A stretch of DNA of 64,000 nucleotides, from contig CAWJKT010000008.1 in NCBI GenBank assembly GCA_963843375.1, forward strand, positions 1-64,000. Reading direction: 5' to 3'. Shown in pieces: positions 59,418-64,000 of the stretch. This DNA comes from an uncultured Pseudomonadota bacterium. Its GTDB lineage: Bacteria; Oederibacteriota; Muellerivitia; Muellerivitales; Muellerivitaceae. Position 1 is the stretch's first letter. Every line of letters starts with the position of its first letter. The translations under genes and the position numbers were made by a program. The notes beneath the pieces are model-generated. The model searched no databases. It was not told where the DNA came from and worked only from the letters and a program-made list of their open reading frames with translations.

Positions 59418-60416
59418 TCAATACCCATTCGAACGCGGGATTGAACCCGGAATGCCCGGCGCAGCGGTGCTGCCATTGCCTAGACCGTTGGTATTCGAAC
59501 TTGGAGCAGAATTACTGATAGCCTTAGTTGCGCTGGACGTTCCGGGGGTCGGGCTTCCGGACTTTCCCGTTTTGTTATCCATGGAAGCGGTTACGGGCTT
59601 TCCGTTGGGATTAAAGATGGCGTCCGCCATGCCTTCCACAAAAACATTCCGATCCCCCCCCATACTAGAAACAATTCGGCGTCCCGTCAAAAGCCCGTTG
59701 TCGGTAAAAACTTTAGGATCTTCCTCCAGCACAAACTTATCGTCCTGTGAGAGGAAAGTCGCTTTTTGGGCTTCCGCATGCCCATCTCTATGGATGATCT
59801 GGACGTTTTGGTTAATAACCACCGTTTTTTTCTTCGAGTCCACTTCCATTTGCCGCCCCGTAATCGTGATGGGATGCCCGTTTTCGTCCAAAGTCGTTAA
59901 AACCGGATGATCGTGAGCCGTCATCAATTCCATGAGATCTTGGTATTCCAAATTTCCACAGGTGAGGGTGATTCCTTGACTTGAATCCACCACATGCACA
60001 TGACCATTGGCGGTAGCTTCCCGATTATCTTCCATAGCGTGGATTTCGTCGGATAAAAGGATAATTTTATCGTGGGTGGCTTTCACGTCGCCCGTAAAAA
60101 GGGTAAGACCTTTAAGTTTTTCAAACGTGAGCTGGTGAGATGAGATATTAACGGGTTTTTGAGATGTAACTTTTTGGTCGTTTTCAGCTTCAAAGGCCGA
60201 AAGAAAATCAACCACTCCGAAAAAAAATAAAAACAAAAGGACTAAAACGGAAGTTTTAAAACCCAAGGCCGCCTTATCGAAAACGCGGCCATCGGTAAAA
60301 CCCGATATGGATTGATGTGAAATACCGCTAATAAAACCACAGGACCGCGCCAAGATCGACCGGTTTTGAGCGGGTATAGAAATATTTATTCCTGGTTTAG
60401 AATTCATTTTTTCCAC
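59418..60416 (-). CDS. lptA: LptA/OstA-family LPS transport protein with low-complexity C-terminal tail (start uncertain)
   Basis: PVNISSHQL...FTGDVKATH...ATANGHVHV tandem beta-jellyroll pattern; between lptC and lptB. Confidence 0.8.
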   Translation of the reverse strand: MEKMNSKPGINISIPAQNRSILARSCGFISGISHQSISGFTDGRVFDKAALGFKTSVLVLLFLFFFGVVDFLSAFEAENDQKVTSQKPVNISSHQLTFEKLKGLTLFTGDVKATHDKIILLSDEIHAMEDNREATANGHVHVVDSSQGITLTCGNLEYQDLMELMTAHDHPVLTTLDENGHPITITGRQMEVDSKKKTVVINQNVQIIHRDGHAEAQKATFLSQDDKFVLEEDPKVFTDNGLLTGRRIVSSMGGDRNVFVEGMADAIFNPNGKPVTASMDNKTGKSGSPTPGTSSATKAISNSAPSSNTNGLGNGSTAAPGIPGSIPRSNGY

Positions 60417-60422
60417 GTTTGA

Positions 60423-61085
60423 TTAAAAAGGCTTCGCTTTTGAAAAATTCTGAATCTCATGGGTATCCCTTACTTGTGTCCGTACGTCTTTGTTGAACCG
60501 AATATTGTTTAATTGGGTATCAGCAACCAATCCCACAGCGGTGATATCATCCATACCTTTAAAAACATGGACCAAATCATCGGTTTTGATCAGGTCGGTA
60601 GCGGGGTCCCAGTTAAGCTTATCAGTCTCCAGTTTCGATCCGTTTTCCACGATCAATTCCACGTGACCTACGGCCTGAGTTGCGTTGGTCTCGGTGTTCA
60701 CAATGGCACTATCGGCGGTCAGAGTCGAGACCAACTTGTCTTTTTTATAGTACTGGGCGTAAATATTATCGGAATAAGATTGTTTTTGATTTTGATATAA
60801 CCTGGCCACATCGGAATAAAATTCCCACCGCTTTTTGCCCTGTACCGTTGAAACCAAATGAAATTTTTCAATAGTAGCGTCGGGGGAATTCGCTCCCTCG
60901 GACATAGTTTCAGGGGTAGTGGGCGTGGAATTATTTTTAAATAACCCCAACGCTAAAACAATTATGATCGCAACCGCGACCCCCAAAAGCCAAAAATATC
61001 TTTTCAGGCGGACGGATCGGGGCTCTTCCTCGGGAACTTCAACTATAGGTTCCAAGGGAACAGAAAGGGTCTTATTTTTCGGCAT
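60423..61085 (-). CDS. lptC: LPS export periplasmic protein LptC
   Basis: N-terminal TM, GKKRWEFYSD.A, LTADSA, LETDKLNWD; gene order. Confidence 0.88.
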   Translation of the reverse strand: MPKNKTLSVPLEPIVEVPEEEPRSVRLKRYFWLLGVAVAIIIVLALGLFKNNSTPTTPETMSEGANSPDATIEKFHLVSTVQGKKRWEFYSDVARLYQNQKQSYSDNIYAQYYKKDKLVSTLTADSAIVNTETNATQAVGHVELIVENGSKLETDKLNWDPATDLIKTDDLVHVFKGMDDITAVGLVADTQLNNIRFNKDVRTQVRDTHEIQNFSKAKPF

Positions 61086-61178
61086 AGAACGACCTTCGCT
61101 TACGCATCAATATTTCGTTTTTTAGTCTAACCCGCAGATAGGGACCGCAGGGCCAAATCGAACACAGTATACCCCGAA

Positions 61179-62088
61179 TCAGAAGGGCCAATCACCCTTC
61201 TTGGGCTTTGTTTTCCACCGCTCATGCATCCACATCCATTGGCCAGGGAAGGCCCTGAACATAGGATTCAATGACTTCGGTATAAAGGCGGACGGTTTCA
61301 AGTATGTCCTTTTCTTTGTCCGGGGTTTGGGGAACTTCTATTTCTTTTTCCACGCAAACCTCGAACTTTCCATCCGGTCCCCGTACCACAAAAGCTGGCA
61401 CCAAAGCGGCTCCGGTCTTTCGGGCGATCCGGGCTATCCCCGACTGGGTCCAAGCCGGTTTCCCGAAAAAGGGTACAAAGACTCCGTCATTCCCGGTGTC
61501 CTGATCGCACAAGGCCAGGATAAACTGCCCTTCCTTCAGTGCGTCCAGAATGCCCCTCAAAGCGAGTCCCCTTTTAATCATTAAAGTCGCGCCTAATTTT
61601 TCACTGCGAAACCAATTCACCAGGTCGTCAAATCTTCGGTCATAAAGGTTCTGGGCCAAGGCCGATCCCTTACCTTGGGTGCCCAGGAACCCCCCCAATA
61701 ATTCCCAATTGCCCAAATGGGCGGTCACAACGAAAAGTCCCTTACCGCGATTTAAAGCCCTTTTAAAATTTTCCAGGCCTTTGACTCGGGCCACCTGGGA
61801 TACGATTTCTTCCCGGGTCCAATTTAACTGACGGATTATCTCAAAAAGATTTTGGCCCAATCCAACCCATACGGCTTTGGCCATTCGTTGTTTTTCAATC
61901 GAACTCAATTCGACAGGGTAAGCTGTGGAAATGCTTTCAAGAGTTTTCTCCCTTTCACTTTTGGAAAAGGAAAAAACAAGACCGCCGAACACTCGGCCTA
62001 AAACTTGTACCCATCGAAAAGGCAAAAACAATAGGATAGCGATGATCCATTGGGACAAGTAATAGATGATGTGATTTTTAAGCTTCAT
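61179..62088 (-). CDS. Lipid A late acyltransferase (LpxL/HtrB family), +1 frameshift near 61258
   Basis: TAHLGNWE, LCDQD, VPFFG; removing one base restores the conserved end VRAFPGQWMWMHERWKT with stop at 61179. Confidence 0.88.
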
Positions 62089-62126
62089 ATCGCTTTTCTT
62101 CTCCCCCGGGGTGGGTCAACAAACCG

Positions 62127-62681
62127 CTAGGTAAATAAATTGTTGGAGGAGGAGGCTTTTTGGTTATTGGCTTGGTGGAAAAGTTTAACGGTTTGGTTCC
62201 ATCGGCCTTGGGCTTTCAAAATTTTTTCCACCACTTCCCGGAAGGCCCCTTCACCAGCGGAAGTCCGGGTAACGTAATGGACCCTCTTTTTCACCTCCGA
62301 ACGGCCGTAAGGAACCGTGGCGGACCAACCCACCTTTGTCAAAAGGGGCAGATCGATCAAGTCATCCCCCATATAGGCAACTTGGGAAAGATTCAAGCCA
62401 AGTTTTTTGCAAAGGTTTTGGGCAACCGTCAGTTTGTCCAGTTTGCCCTGATAAAGAAATGGAATTTTCAGGTGTCTGGCGCGCTTTTCCACTGGTTTGG
62501 AAAGCCGTCCGGAGAGCCAGCCCACGGGAAGGTTTCCATAGGCGGCTAAACGGTGGCCGATTCCATCCTGGATGTCGAAACCCACGAATTCTTCTTCAAG
62601 GCCTAGGTAAACTTTTCCGTTGGTCAATACACCATCCACATCGGTCAAAAGCAGCTTGATGTTTTTCAGTTTCATAACCAT
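62127..62681 (-). CDS. kdsC: KDO-8-phosphate phosphatase
   Basis: DVDGVLTNG, FDIQDG, LSGR, YMGDDLIDLP, GEGAFRE. Confidence 0.92.
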   Translation of the reverse strand: MVMKLKNIKLLLTDVDGVLTNGKVYLGLEEEFVGFDIQDGIGHRLAAYGNLPVGWLSGRLSKPVEKRARHLKIPFLYQGKLDKLTVAQNLCKKLGLNLSQVAYMGDDLIDLPLLTKVGWSATVPYGRSEVKKRVHYVTRTSAGEGAFREVVEKILKAQGRWNQTVKLFHQANNQKASSSNNLFT

Positions 62682-62746
62682 CGCCCTTTTAAATCGTTCT
62701 TTGGGACCCGTCGATGGCGTCCGTCTTCCTTAACAGAAGATTCCTG

Positions 62747-63715
62747 TTAAACAATTTTTATTCTTCCCCGCCCCAATAAATCGTGTAAATGCACCAAACC
62801 AACCGGACGCTTTTGGTTATCCACCACGATCAATTGAAATATGGATTTTTCTTCGATTAATTGAAGGGCTTGGGCAAGACTTGCTTCAGAAGAAACCGTA
62901 CTGGGATGGGGTGACCGTAGGTTGGAAGCGTTCCAGCGTCGGATATCGGGATCTTTCAGTAGGGCCCTGCGCAGATCTCCATCCACAATGATTCCCTTGA
63001 GCTTTTTTTGGGAATCAACCACGCAAGTGGCTCCGACTTTTTTCTCGTTAATCTCCCGGACTATCCTCGGGAAGTCGGCGGTCAAAGGAACCCGGGGCAC
63101 ATCAGCCCCCACACGCATGATATCCGAAACCTTCAAATGAAGGCGCTTTCCCAACTCGCCCGCCGGATGGAAAAGAGCAAAGTCTTTTTCCGTGAATCCT
63201 TGTTCTTCCATTAGCGCTACCGCCAAAGCATCCCCCATGGCAAGCGCGGCAGTCGTACTGGCGGTCGGAGCCAGCCTGAAGGGACAGGCTTCTTTTTTAA
63301 CCCCCACATCCACCACCACGTCGCAGAAACGGGCTAAAGTGGAATGGACATCACCGGTAAAAAGGACGGTTTTACAGCCCATGCGTTTGAGCAGGGGCAG
63401 GAGGGTTTTTAATTCTTCCGTCTCGCCGCTATTGGAAAGGGCGAGGACCACATCTCCCTTGGCGGCTTTGCCCATGTCCCCGTGAAGCGCCTCGGCGGGA
63501 CTTAAAAAAAGAGCGGGCGTCCCGGTGGACGAAAGGGTGGCCGCGATTTTCTGGCTCACAAGCCCAGACTTTCCCATTCCCGTCACGACAACTCGTCCCT
63601 TGGAACGCAGGATCAGTTTCACCACCGTTTCAAAGGATTTTCCAACTTTACGGGAAAGACGGAGTAATCCCTCAGCCTCGATTTTCAGAACTCGTCTGGC
63701 GGTCAAAATGCTCAT
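62747..63715 (-). CDS. kdsD: Arabinose-5-phosphate isomerase (KpsF/GutQ, SIS + CBS domains)
   Basis: TGMGKSG, STGTPA, EALHGD, SNSGET, EACP, APTAST, FHPAG, HLHDLL. Confidence 0.94.
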   Translation of the reverse strand: MSILTARRVLKIEAEGLLRLSRKVGKSFETVVKLILRSKGRVVVTGMGKSGLVSQKIAATLSSTGTPALFLSPAEALHGDMGKAAKGDVVLALSNSGETEELKTLLPLLKRMGCKTVLFTGDVHSTLARFCDVVVDVGVKKEACPFRLAPTASTTAALAMGDALAVALMEEQGFTEKDFALFHPAGELGKRLHLKVSDIMRVGADVPRVPLTADFPRIVREINEKKVGATCVVDSQKKLKGIIVDGDLRRALLKDPDIRRWNASNLRSPHPSTVSSEASLAQALQLIEEKSIFQLIVVDNQKRPVGLVHLHDLLGRGRIKIV

Positions 63716-63770
63716 CGAAATCACCTTCGTAGGGCGTAGCGCCTATATAAACTTCCCGAAAGACCCCATC

Positions 63771-64000
63771 CTAATCTCTAACATATAAATATCGTCCGCA
63801 GTTGCAGCGTTGAATCGCGATGTTTTTACGGATTTCATTAAGTATCTGGGGTGAAACATTCATGTTGCATCCGCTGCAACTTTCGTCTTCCCTCACCGCC
63901 GCTACTGCTATTTTCTTGCCGTTATTGCGCAATTTCTCGTAGCCTTCCGCGAAATCGGGGGGGATTTCGGCCAATTGTTTTTTCCGCTCTTCCTTCTTTT
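63771..64000 (-). CDS. C4-type zinc-ribbon domain coiled-coil protein (DUF164-like), 3' end only
   Basis: YEKLR...AVAAV...CSGCNMNVSPQILNEIR...CNCGRYLY; start lies beyond the window. Confidence 0.85.
   Translation of the reverse strand, partial: KKEERKKQLAEIPPDFAEGYEKLRNNGKKIAVAAVREDESCSGCNMNVSPQILNEIRKNIAIQRCNCGRYLYVRD

Noticed and set aside
61179..62088. Acyltransferase as PatA (PIM acyltransferase)
   Set aside because: Same broad family, but its position between kdsC and lptC points to a lipid A late acyltransferase
1..64000. CRISPR arrays, rRNA/tRNA, transposases, integrases, prophage or defence systems
   Set aside because: No regularly spaced repeats, RNA-gene signatures or such protein motifs seen by eye

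Overview
64-kb window from a diderm (LPS-making) bacterium. The lineage cannot be fixed from this sequence; the many GT-C/PA14 and NHL genes loosely suggest an uncultured FCPU426/Goldbacteria-like lineage, which is only a guess. 1-3.3 kb: a partial sugar ABC-binding lipoprotein gene and a divergent GH3 beta-glucosidase. About 3.4-42 kb: a large envelope-glycosylation island with three polyprenol-phosphate-type GT2s, four SAM methyltransferases (one fused to a GtrA-like flippase domain), a GT9, about seven GT-C-fold membrane enzymes (four ArnT/PMT-like proteins with PA14-like tails, a YfhO-like, a PIG-V-motif and a DUF2723/TPR TMEM260-like protein), four NHL beta-propeller proteins, an amino-sugar nucleotide cassette and a GH125. 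42-64 kb: the conserved minus-strand cluster kdsD-kdsC-lipid A acyltransferase-lptCAB-rpoN-hpf-ptsN-hprK-yvcK-PTS Man IIA/B/C/D-ptsH-ptsI. It has two insertions: pgsA-like/ino1/S1-P1 nuclease remnant/amidohydrolase between lptB and rpoN, and a GH57 between EIIB and EIIC. Four genes carry single +1 frameshifts, probably sequencing errors. An unlisted 51-aa Arg-rich ORF follows ptsI. No rRNA, tRNA, CRISPR array or transposase was seen. All assignments are by-eye motif recognition; no database search was run.
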